NCBI GenBank assembly: GCA_964035545.1
Contig: OZ037771.1
Coordinates: forward strand, 6,915,190-6,979,189
Reading direction: 5' to 3'
Source: Bugula neritina
Taxonomy: Eukaryota; Animalia; Bryozoa
DNA: 64,000 nucleotides
The number at the start of each line of letters is the position of its first letter. Position 1 is the first letter of the stretch. Shown here piece after piece: positions 39,401 to 51,800 of this stretch. Below the pieces are notes generated by a model. It was given only the letters and a program-made list of their open reading frames with translations, made no database searches and had not been told where the DNA came from. Position numbers and translations under genes: made by a program.

Positions 39401-40742
39401 AGAACTGGTTGGGGCGGTTTGCAGATCATGGTGACTTTCTCATTAGGCAGTCTGAAACTAACGTTAGTATATTATATAGTATGTCAGTATGTGATGTGAG
39501 TATATTATATAGTATGTCAGTATGTGATGTGAGTATATTATATAGTATGTCAGTATGTAGTGTGAGTATATTATATAGTATGTCAGTATGTGATGTGAGT
39601 ATATTATATAGTATGTCAGTATGTAGTGTGAGTATATTATATAGTATGTCAGTATGTGATGTGAGTATATTATATAGTATGTCAGTATGTAGTGTGAGTA
39701 TATTATATAGTATGTCAGTATGTAGTGTGAGTATAGATAGTATGTCAGTAGTGTAAATTTATATAGTGTGTCAGTATAGTATGTCTCTTAACAGTGTTGT
39801 GAAATGTGCTTTTTACGAATATAATCTAGTATGTTTACTCCAAGGGTAAATGGTAAACGTGGCCTTTGATATTTCTATTTTAGACTTAGTTATGAAAAGG
39901 AAACAACTTTTATGGCACTAAATTGTTGTGTTTGAATTGTCTCCTTTCACAAAACTTATTGATATGTTTTTCTAACTCATGTTTTGTTAGTTGTCTGCCC
40001 TTTGATAGCCAGTATTTTTTTGTAAACATGCTATATATAATATAATGTAATATATATAATATAATGTAATATATATAATATAATGTGATATATATAATAT
40101 AATGTGATATATATAATATAATGTGATATATATAATATAATGTGATATATATAATATAATGTGATATATATAATATTTATAATATAATGTAAATATTGTA
40201 ATATACATTATATAGTATAATATAATGTATATAATATAATGCATATAATATAATGTATATAATATAATGTGATATATATAATATTTATAATATAATGTAT
40301 ATATTGTAATATACATTATATAGTATAATATAATGTATATAATATAATGTATATAATATAATGCATATAATATAATGTATATAATATAATGTATATAATA
40401 TAATGCATATAATATAATGTATATAATATAATATAATGCAATATATATATAATGTAATATATATTCCATACTCGCTTTATAACACAGTTTCTCTTTACAG
40501 CACTGTTTCTTAATGTACTTACATTTTGTGTGATTCTGTAGGTTGGGGACTTCACTGTGTCCGTCAAGGCTTCAACAAAAAACAGACACTTTTTAGTGAA
40601 CTCAGCGAATAATGAAACAACTTTTAAAATAGGTCAACAAGTCTTCGGCTCATTGGACGAGCTAATCGACCACTACACTAGGCACCCTATATACAGAGGG
40701 GAGAGTGAAAAGCTATACTTGGTGAAACCTTTTAAATTGTGA
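30450..40742 (+). CDS. NCK: Nck/dreadlocks adaptor (SH3-SH3-SH3-SH2)
   Basis: Exons 30450-30459, 30900-31027, 34890-35024, 35559-35754, 38142-38325, 38783-38929, 39306-39462, 40542-40742. SH3-1 ([25 protein letters not shown]), SH3-2 ([18 protein letters not shown]), SH3-3 ([22 protein letters not shown]), SH2 ([28 protein letters not shown]). The start exon is inferred. Confidence 0.95.
35242..35414 (+). mobile_element. tRNA-derived SINE with an internal deletion and an imperfect flanking direct repeat
   Basis: A-box-like TTGTCTAGGG, B-box GGGTTCGAACCC, tRNA-Thr-like TAGTAAACAGG, core TGATGTTAGGAAGAGCATCCAGTCATAATTGCTCC; flanked by TTCTATGGTTTC..ACTC(T)GGAGG at 35221 and 35415. Confidence 0.85.
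36771..37529. repeat. 28-bp minisatellite, about 27 copies, in an Nck intron
   Basis: Unit CAGTATATACTCTACACAGCTATATAGT, highly homogeneous. Confidence 0.97.
39463..39750 (+). repeat. 33-bp minisatellite, about 9 copies, starting exactly at an Nck 5' splice site
   Basis: Unit GTGAGTATATTATATAGTATGTCAGTATGT(GAT/AGT); first unit begins GTTAGT at 39463. Confidence 0.97.
40030..40465. repeat. AT-rich (TATAA-based) degenerate satellite
   Basis: Repeated TATATAATATAATG(T/C) units; gives the spurious Y/I-rich ORFs. Confidence 0.9.
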
Positions 40743-41572
40743 TGAAACTTTGTATTTACACCAAAACCAAAGAGATTAAAATAAATTACATTACAAGGTT
40801 CAAACTACTTAGTACAAGCGTACCATCACTTCCCCCAAACTTCTTCTAAACGCATTTAAATCTACAAGTCATTTTGTGCATCAGCTGTATATACCGCACG
40901 CTGTTTATGTTATTTTATCTTCCTTGATTGTAGCAGCTTGTCAATTTGTCAGCTATAATGACCCCATTTTATCCCCTGTGCTTTGTACATATTGCGCTGC
41001 TTATATCATTACCTTTTCTACCAGCATTTTTATTGAATAACACTATTGAATTCATTTCAGTTTCTTGTTTCTTCCTGGGAAATTGTTGTTTTACGTAAAT
41101 TTTTGATATTTGATTGTATTAACATCTTCTGACACACTATTTGCTGTACCAACTACTATAATAACATTGCCTGCAATTTTTTATATTCCATGCATGCTGT
41201 GTTGACACTGTCTTATTTATATGGGGGCATGGCCATGTTGATAATCTTCTGTATTATTCAATTCTATGATTAAGTTATTTATTTTCATGTACATAGCATT
41301 GGATATGTTATACTAGGGATAATTATTCACCAAATAATAACTATTTAATAAATTTTCTCTACTTTTGTGTTTCTTTGTAGTGTATATATTTCAATGTCCA
41401 GATTTTCAATAGTTTATTATTAATTACAATATTACCAGTGTAGTGTTTAAATGTCATGGAACAGAATTAAATGATGGTAATTTGCCATTTTGCAAACAAA
41501 CCAAAAAATGTATATATACTTGAAGGATACATGTATGCACTCTAAAGGTTCATGTATGTGTTGTAAAGGTAC

Positions 41573-42148
41573 GTGTGTACACTATATATAAATGATGCAC
41601 AAACTGTAAAGGTACTTACAACAGTATCAAGAAGAATCTATAATATTGTGAAGAATTTTGTGTATTTTAGCTCTAAACCTCTAGCAAATATGTTATTCAA
41701 AATTTTAATCATGTCTCTCATCTCCTATTGTCTACCCATTATTTTTACTTGTATATATGCAAGTGATGAAAAGGCTATCCAAAAGATTTTCAAAAATTGC
41801 TCTAAACTTGGTATAGAGTATCATGACCTAAATTTATGTATTCAGAAACTAACTAATGCACTTGTCATGAAATATATAGGTGATATGAACATTTAATCAA
41901 TGAATTTCTGAGTCAATGCCCCTCTGGAAGATATCGAATTATTAAATATAGAAGAGCATGGGGCAGAGATAGTTTCTACACTGCCTTGTAAATACATTAA
42001 ATGATATGTTATTTTAAATAACCATGCAGAGTTCTGACTTTTTTTCTCTCTACTTTTGTTTATGTCTACTTATTAAGGTCAGTTTTTACACTGAATTTCG
42101 CAACATGTTTTCATGCCTGTGACATAAAATAAATAAATCAATCAATTA
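41573..42148 (+). mobile_element. 3' fragment of a non-LTR retrotransposon (CR1/L2/Rex-like), frameshifted
   Basis: ORF 41573-41896 (SRRIY..LFKILIMSLISYCLP) continues after a frameshift as EHLINEFLSQCPSGRYRIIKYRRAWGRDSF, resembling the PSGRxR..SF C-terminus of CR1-group ORF2; ends in an AAAT/CAAT tail. Confidence 0.7.
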
Positions 42149-43667
42149 TACAAACACCAAACCTATGAGTAGAGATTCCTATCTACACTAGTATTCCAGT
42201 AATTGGCTGCAGTGCATAATTTTGCGGAACAAATTCGCTGTAGAGTAAACACTTTGCCTAAGCACTAGAAACAAAGTTATTGCAACTGATAGTTATTACA
42301 GTTACCCTATGACCAAGCACGGTTTTCAATAAAGCAGAAATTGTCCACTCATAAACTGGTTTTCATGTGTTCAGCATTGCAACTATTTAAATATTGTTGG
42401 AAACAGCTCAACAGTTTTCAAGAGTCTCGTGCTCGAACAACAATAAGTTTAAATTAATAAAAGTTGCCTATGAAGAGTGAAGTTTTCTACCCTTGGCACT
42501 AATCATACCAAAACTGCTCAAAGCAATCTAAGCAATCTAGCTATTATTTGACTGTTGCTATATTTCACCCTATAACAAAGGATCAGGAAATATGTCAAAT
42601 TTATCTACGTGGTATATACTATGTATTTAGGATCATATATAATTTGGAATGGACACTAAAATCTATTCGCAACGAATTGTCCGCTATAGCATCATAGTAT
42701 TATAATGTAAGTAACTCTGGTAAATTATTGAGTAATGTTTATTTTATATAGCATATTTCAATATGTTATTGGATTAAGTCAATAGAGTCATCTGTGAAAG
42801 TTACACTAACTCTAGGGTGAGACGGCTGGAATAAAATTCTGTGGAGCTGTCAGAAGTATGCTTAAGCTAAGATGGCAAGTTACTAGTATGTTTTAGCACC
42901 TCCTATTCATCAGTATTGCGTATCTTTGATTACTAAATAGTAATTACAGCTCTGGGATAAATAATTTATTTTCTCACATGGCTAGTTGCAACAATTATTA
43001 CAATGTATTTACTCTAAGTAATATCTAAAACTATAAGTTATTAAGGAATAATATTGATCAATCCAGCAGTAGGAGAAAACTTTTAGTGTTAGTAGAACAC
43101 TAGTAGAAAAGGTATAATAGCAGTAGACAATGTATAATAGTAGTAGAAAGTTTACATGTACAACAGTAATAGAAAGTGGATAATAGAAGCAGAAAGTTTT
43201 CCCACAAAAGTTTTTTTATGTTAATATATATAGTCAACTTTCTCAAAAAAATGAGTAAGTATAAAATATAATTTTGTATTCTATTTTATAGTTCATATGT
43301 TACATCACTTTAAAAGATTTATAATATTAAAACTGTGTTTTACCATAATATAATATAATTTAAAACATTAATTATAATGCAGCTATGTATTCTATAGTCC
43401 TTTATCTGTATATTGCCATAATTATAAGTAATTATTATGCTATATAATATTTAATAGATAAATGGCGCTCTACTTACAGCTGCAGCACGTATATAATACT
43501 ATTACATATTATGGTATAGGTCATACTACAAAATAATACAATATATTATTTTATGTTTAATCATGCATTTGTATATAACACTACATTATGTATAATCTCA
43601 CTGTGAATAACATAGTCTAATGCTTCAACATATTAATAGCTGATATATATATATAGTCACTTATAAA

Positions 43668-43890
43668 AGAGCAGACTTGGTCTAGCGGAGTTAGAGCGCT
43701 GACTTAGTAAACATGAGGTCACGGGTTCAATCCTCAGTAAAGGCTATTGTTGATGTTAGAATGGACATCCAGTCATAACTGCTCATTTGCCACAATAGTA
43801 AAAACGTTTGTAAATTCGGCTTGAAAAACCTTATCATTCAGCTGCATGGGGTTCTCACAAAGATGGCGACTATAAACAAACATGAGTTTT
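43668..43890 (+). mobile_element. Diverged full-length copy of the tRNA-derived SINE
   Basis: TGGTCTAGCGG A-box, TTAGTAAACA, GGGTTCAATCC B-box, TGATGTTAGAATGGACATCCAGTCATAACTGCTC core, GACTATAAAC..GAGTTTT end. Confidence 0.8.
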
Positions 43891-45845
43891 ATAGTTGGTT
43901 ACTTGTCTCGGTGTCACTTTGTCACAAGCAAAATATAAATAGGACACCCAATCAGGACATGGCGGAGAAATGTAAAAAAACTGTTTTAGGAAAGTAAATA
44001 TCCTGGATTCCACTGAAAATCTAGAAAGAAGAGCAATTTGTCACTTCAAATTTCTAAAAATACAAAAGCACCACAGACATACTACCTCGAATGCCAAGGA
44101 TATGAACATCTCCATTTCACAAAGGGGAAACAACTCTAAGCTGCTTTATTATTTTGGTGTTCTAATGTAAAATTGTGTAAATGAAAGCTGGTGCTGTTTT
44201 GTTATTCTAATATTATGTGCTATAAGAATATTCAACCTACATGATTTAGTATCATAATTATATGGAAGCATTGCTTCTTTACACTTACTGTAGCACAATG
44301 CACAATTCTATTAACCAGTCAATGAATGGGTATTGAGTTCAATTCAATTCAATCAAATTTATTACAATTCAATCGCTGTGTAAAGGCAGTAACTATTGCG
44401 TGTTTGTTACACTTTTATTCAATTTGGTTGATTAAATTAAAGTTCGACTAAAAAGCTACTGTTGAATTTTGAAACAATAGGTTCCATTATTGAATGAACA
44501 GTAACTAAGGCATAGCCTACTGTAGAGTTCTAACAGTTGATAGTTCTAAGTCATAGTTTCAGGTTAACTTTTATATACAAACTAGAAACTAAAATGTAAT
44601 ACTTCAAAGTATATACTTTTCAGGGTCTAGTAATTAGCTGTAACAGGGTAAGTTAGCCTTAATAGTTACAAAATGCAGTTGGCATAATATACAGTATAAT
44701 ATTATCATATCATATTATCAAAATAATTATTATATAACTATAATATCATGATAATAGCATGTCATCATATTATTTTGTTATCTATATATTGCATTATATT
44801 ATATTCTACTATTCTATTATTTCACTAGAATATCATATTATTCTAATATGATATTATATCACATTTTTATTTAGTGATATTATAACTATATATAGTGTAT
44901 ATAATTGCTTTCGCCTATATAAGGGTATTTTCTACTTCTGCATTAAATGTGGGCTAGTGTGGATTAGTGTTAGTCAATATAACTGGTTGTGTGCTACAAT
45001 AATATATCATTAAATCATCTTATCATATATAATATATAGTTGTTTCGTTATACCATGATATCAATATGTTATCATCATATATATCATATATTGTCTGCAT
45101 ACTTACTTCTAAAAGTTATAACAGTTATAATTTAACAACATTTACTAGCTATTTTACTGAATGATGTATATTGCAAGATCAACACTTACAATTACTAAGC
45201 AATGGTATGTTATGTTACATTTATAGATTAAAACTTCACATCGAGTTTAACTGGACTCAAAACAGTGATAAGAATATACTAAAATTGTTTGCAGCCCCAA
45301 ACTTGGAATACACTCCTTTCTATACCTAGCTTTGTTTGCAAATAATTTCTACTAATAATCTTTTAGTTTTAGATAACAAATGTTATTTTTTGCATATTCG
45401 TACTGCAATGAAGCTGGGCAACTAGTATACACATAGATTATGTTGTAAAGATTGACTTTTTGTAATATACCTTATGTGTTTTGTTTTGAAGCGATTACAA
45501 TAATTGAATTATATATACCACAATTTAGACTTAAAAAATTAATAACAGAGGAAATAGTACAATGCCTGGCGTGCTTATATTTGCAGAATTCTGTGAGTGG
45601 AAAAACTGAACAAGTCTCATTAAAAGCTCAGACACCAAGTGGCTATATGCGTTATAAACAATGACTATCTCAACACCAACCAGACTGATTGCAGACTATG
45701 CACCAAGTTATCTGAAGCTCTAGGATTTTCCATTGACAAGAGTCTTGCCTGCTGCATTATCAGGGATACAATTTGCTGCCATCAATCCAGTTCTTTTTAT
45801 TTGGACTTATCTCCACTTGCAAGTGAAGCACAAACTTGTGTCAAT

Positions 45846-48800
45846 ATGGCCTCTTCCGTTTTGAATCGTCAAAATTCAAACAATCGATTTCTCAGGTGAG
45901 ATAAAATTTAGGTAATAAAATCCATAATCATTACCGTTGTAGGAGCTTTTTGTTTTAGCTTCAAGTAAAATATTGTCCGATGAAAGCTTTTTGTGAGAGC
46001 TTTTGAAATAGCTTTTTACTGGTAGCTTTTGTTTGATGAGTCAGTACAGTTCAAGAACTGAAAAAGGAAAATTTACATTTGTTAAAATTGCAGGCAATTT
46101 AGACTGTATTGCCCAAATAATTATAAATTTTGTGAGAAATATAAACTGTTGGTATTAGGCAAAAGGTTGAGTTGTGGCCTGCATCTGTGCAACCAGCATT
46201 CAGCATCCATGCTATCACAACACATAGGCATACGTGCTGACACATTATTAGCTGACACAATTACTTATTATGGGTGGTGAAGCAGAGATATAGGAGCAAC
46301 ATTAAATACATGCAACATGGTGCAGTTAAAGTTGAGATTAGATCAGTGGGCTGCTTAAGAAGCAGTTATTTTTGCATATCATTTTGAAAGTTTTAATGTT
46401 TTTGTTGTTTTTTAATTACTTATATAGCTACGGTTATATACTGAGCATGCAATGTTCAAATCAATTAAGCTACCACCACATTATAGTCTTGGAAACAACC
46501 ATGCCCCAAATTGTATATTTCACTTACTGTATGCATACGTGAGTATGTGACAATTCAATCCAATCACGCAACAAGCTTTTCTTTCATTGATCTCAATGTG
46601 TTCAGCTTGGCTCTGGCTTAGATAATTAAATTTCTTACAGAGAGAAGGGTGGTGAAGATAACAACACGTAATGATTGAACTTATTTGCACCCCATGACCC
46701 TAAAATTTAAGCTATTTTTTGAGATTGAAGCTATTAGAACTTAAGCTGTAGATGAGTGCTCCAACACAAGTCCTGACATGAATGCATATAATTATCTTGG
46801 CAGTCCTTGAAATTACAAAAGACTTAATAAAATTTTGTTTAATGGAAAATAAATTACACTTTGAAGTAGTGAAAGTTGATGCACATTAATTAGTATAGGC
46901 TTGAATATATTGAATGAAATTTGATTTAAATGAATTGTGAGTCAAGACTCTTAATTAATTAATGTATTCAAATAAGCTTCGGCCAATATAATTCACAAGA
47001 TTACACTTGTTCTGGCTGCCATTCACCTCTTAACTGTGTACAGTGAATTTAAATTATATCAAGTAGTCGTAATGATTAGGTAAATTTTACGTAATAAAAG
47101 CAATAAATGTTTTTATCAACAGTAATTTGTTATTATAAGCCTAAAGAGAAATCTTTAGCAAGAGTTAGAAAAATTAAGATGTATTAGGATAAAATATTAA
47201 GATGCAATAGGATAAAATATTAAGATGTAATAGGATAAAATATTATAGTTGAAGGCAAATCATCTGTAAACTTTTTGTATAACATAGCTTCATTTCCAAA
47301 AATGCACTTCTTTAGTTGATTGACATATTAATTGTTAAAATGTAAACATGCAGCTAACAGATTCTCTAAAAAGTACAAACCTGGCACCAACATTCATTAA
47401 TTTGATTCAATTTGGATTCAGAATGCTTTAACTGTTACTTTTAATGATGCCAAATTAGTCTTCATTTATATGATGTGCCTTTACAGTATTGCTTTATTAT
47501 ATTGGAAGTCATATGTTTGATCTTGTCACAATTCTGATTTGTCCTTGACAGCACCAAGAGCCAATCACAATCCTCGATACAAAGGCTACCTACAAACAAG
47601 GCGTGGCCAGCTAGTAGTCAAACTCAGTTTTCAGATGTTGTGTTCAGAGCTTCCTCGCTGAGAAGAGCGGCTTCGAATACACAAATAATCAACCAATCAG
47701 ATTCTTCCAACTCAGCAGCTAGCAGATTCAGTCTAGCTCTACTCAAGGTTGGGAAACCAAGCTATTTATTGGCTATGTGCCAATATGCCTGTTCCCTTAA
47801 AGATGGTGTTACTTTAATCTGCACGTTATGATGTGCTGTCACTCTAAATAATATTATTTACAGAGTATAAACTAGCTGATGAAAAATTTAAACATTTATT
47901 TGACTGCTTTGTCTAATTTTTCTAAGTTAAGTATGGTCATGTACGTTAGCAGTTAATTTTACTTTTACTTGAATTCAATGTTTTAGACAAGAGGTCAAGA
48001 TGGCAAAGCATTGGCTCGAAAGAAAAGATTTCGAACTAAAACGAGTAAACCTCAAGCTAAACTTGACCCTGCAGTATCACTGACTAAAACAAGGCAGTCC
48101 GACAGGAAAGCAAGATCTGATGGCCTCACTGTAAGTGTTGATGAATTCTAAACATATATCACTAAACCTTTGTTTAGCTGTACAACTGGCAAGCAACACC
48201 ATGGTTTAGTACAAGCTAGGGTGTTCGACTTTTTCAGAGCAAAGGCCACTGAAATAGAACATTCTGATGGCGAGGGCCACATTGTAAACTTTAGCTTGAG
48301 CTGGGGGCCACAGCATCAGGTTTTTTCCAAATTACTTTATTCTAAATTCCTATGAATCATTAGACAATGAAGTGCCAATATTTACTGCAAGCAACATGTT
48401 TTATTGCATGTATATAAATAAGACATTTGAAAGGTGGTTTTTTTCTATTCTAGTTCATTTGCTGTATGTGTGCAAAATAACTTTGTTGTGTTATGCCTTT
48501 AAGGGCCTCATAAATGTTGGAGAGGAGCACATCTGACTCTGGGGTTGCCTGTTAGAGAGCATCACTTTAGTAGATATAGTAGTAACCTTAAACCTATGTA
48601 GTGCTTATATAACTTGCCATAAGAGCATTGCTTGAATTAGTTTACACATTTCGTTTATTTTTAAGAAATTTTTACAAGTATGGAATCTAAAGGAAATAAC
48701 ATTTTTATAAAGCAAATAATTTTTACACTTGACAGAAATACTTTGGCATTACTGGTGCAAATTAAATTTCGTATTTGTTAGCCTACCTTTTATTATTTCT

Positions 48801-51800
48801 CAGAATGCTGCCTCAATGTTGACTTTGACAATTTTTTTTAAAAATATTTTCAAAGTAAAAATGTTCTTAAAATACTATTTGTAACAGTTAATAGTGTATG
48901 ACCAAGAAACCAATTGTGATCACATAAACTCCATAAACTGTTATGCTGTTTCAGCCTTTGAAGAGATTTCGACGCGCAGCCAGATTAGTAAAGCTGTTAG
49001 TGACGGTCAGCAATGTCTGCCGAGAGTGAGTATAGAGTATAGTACAGTTACTTATATTAGATACATAAATCTAGATACTTCTTCTTGTAAGTGTTAAAAC
49101 ATCTGAGTGTAGTGTACAGGCGTGAGTTTACAAGTCATTGACAATGAAAGAAATTACACAGGCCTGTAATTTATATAATTAAGCAACTAGATTTTGTATA
49201 AAAACATGGAGAAAGCTAATCTAGTGTTATTTTAGGTCATTTTTAAAAAAGAATAAAAAGAAAATTGTTTTGTTTTACTTCAAGTTTTATTGAAGCAATG
49301 TTATCCATAACCACAACAGATGTTACTAAATCCTCATATACCTACTTTATATACGTGTTTTAGCTTGCTAGTGTATGCTATAAAAGATGAGCAATGGTAT
49401 GAGTTTTGTGAAAAGTTTCTCAAAGATGCCAGTGCGGGTGGAACACCTATAGACACTCATTCCTTTATCATTAAAGTCAAGGATCCAGTGACTAAGGAAA
49501 TAGTACAACTAGAGTTTGATTCTACTCAATTCAAACATGACTACCATTCAGGGGTAAGCTATAGCAAAATATGACTTGGCTTTAATGTGACTTGACTTGA
49601 ACTTAATTTGACTTGTTAACATGACACTCAGTACTCTAAATGCTATAAAAAACAAATTCTCAGAAAAGTGTAGCGCTTTAGATATTGACAGCATGCAATA
49701 TTATGGTGGCTTATTGTTATAGCATGAACATGCAGCTAATGATGATTAAAACTGTGTGATGCCATACTATATATCTATTATTTATTATTAAATATAGTTT
49801 GACAAACAACTAACATAGTTCGTAGCTCTAAACAAGATGAAGTCTCATGAATATAAATATATTTGTAAGCAGTGCAACATAAAATCATATAGTCGTATTT
49901 GTACTGAGAAGTTGGGTGATTCCCAAACTAAACTTTATGCTGTGTTTTATTCCACACTAGTGCATGCTTTATAAAACTTTCTTTGCAGTCATCTCTACTT
50001 ACCAAAGAGATAAGAGATATATTGACTAAAAGACCAGGGACGAGAACCCAGAAGGAGATAGAAACATGCGTGCAGTGCATCAAACGCCTGGTGCCATCAT
50101 TCAGGAGTTATACCTACGAACAGCAGAAGAAGATATGTCAGCTCGTCATGTACGATAAGTAAGTGCTGACAATACTTGTAATTCTTAATTCTTAAATAAT
50201 CTTAAAATTTCTAAAAACCTCATTTAGCTTTTAATGGATTAAACAAATTTACAAATATAGTATGAGTTTGAAATAACTAATTTGCGATAGTTTTTAAAAT
50301 ATAAATATCAAAAATAGCACAAAATAATTAATTTTCTCGTGTGGCTTGTTTAACTACAAAAAATTGTAATCTATGTCTCAGGACACCAAATCAAATGTCA
50401 CATTGCTGTTAGCATTCAAATATTATTCATGCTGCTACAAGACTTCTAGGTAATCTCTGAAGAAAGCTATTTTTATTAATCTAAAATTATGTTACAAACT
50501 TTCTAAAGGATATGATGACTAAAAGTATTCTCATTGAGAAAATATCTTATAATCTGATTTGTTCTATTAACAGATATTTCCAGGAGAGAGTGATTTTAAG
50601 AGAGAATCTGCCACCAGATGGCGTATACTTTGTGCTCAGTGGAACCTGTGAGTGTCAGACCAATCAGATTATACGCATATTATTTTATGTTATATCAATC
50701 TATTTTATTACCTAGTATAATATAATACAATTAATATTATAACAGTGTGACATAGTGTATACAATCACAATGCCATGTGTAATATATACATCATATATTT
50801 AATATTTGATATTAAATATATACTATATAATATATAATATGCACTATATAATATCTAATATATACTATATAATATGTAATATGCACTATATAATATGTAA
50901 TATGCACTATATAATATGTAATATGTACTATATAATATATAATATAATTTAAAGTGATGGAAAGTGGTAAAAAGATGTCGACACCAAAAATCATCAAACC
51001 AGGAGACAAGTTTGGGGAAGAAGATTTGAAAAGTGGCATGATGAGACAAAGCAATGTGGTTACAAAGAGTTCAGTAGATCTGCTTTACCTGCATAAGTTT
51101 GTAAGTACAGCTTTTCTTTCATATATATAACCTCTCTTTGTTTACCCCAATTAAGTAGTGGTATATATCTGTGTATTACCTGTGTAAAATGAATTATGAA
51201 ATGAGACATCAAAAGTGTATTTCTTATATCCAATTTCTGAGCAAGCAGAAAACCCCTGCAATTCAAATTTAGATTTTGACATTACTATGATTTGAGACGA
51301 GTGTCTGTGTTTGGCTCTTGAAGTTTAATGAATACAAACAATGAGAAATCAGACTACAAAAGTATGTTATAGCTAAAACTATTTATGTTCTGTCATCATT
51401 ACAGCTAAACTATGGTCATTGTGTTGTAATATTTTTATAAAAGCTGTATTGATGAACAATGACAACTAAATTTATAGGTCAGCTGAAATTTAGTAATCCT
51501 TTTTTTCAAGTAATATATAATAATTATTCTTAATTACAATTTTTTTTATAGATGCCCAAATTTATTTTCAGGATTATGAAGACGTGTTTGAGCTGTCGGT
51601 TGAGTTAACTGGAGACGAATATAAAATATTTGATGTTTGTAAACAGGAACTGGTGTTTAAATATTATCCAATATCTGAGCTCGTTAATAACCCGGCAAGA
51701 TGGCAGGTTCTCAAGTTTAAGTAAGTCTTGAATTTTAATTGGGCAAATTTAAATAAAATCTATAAATATATGAAAACCAATTTCTTATGCTCTATATTTG

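Noticed and set aside
43668-43745. Functional tRNA genes at the SINE heads (35242, 43668, 54081)
   Set aside because: No proper acceptor stem; each continues into the shared SINE body.
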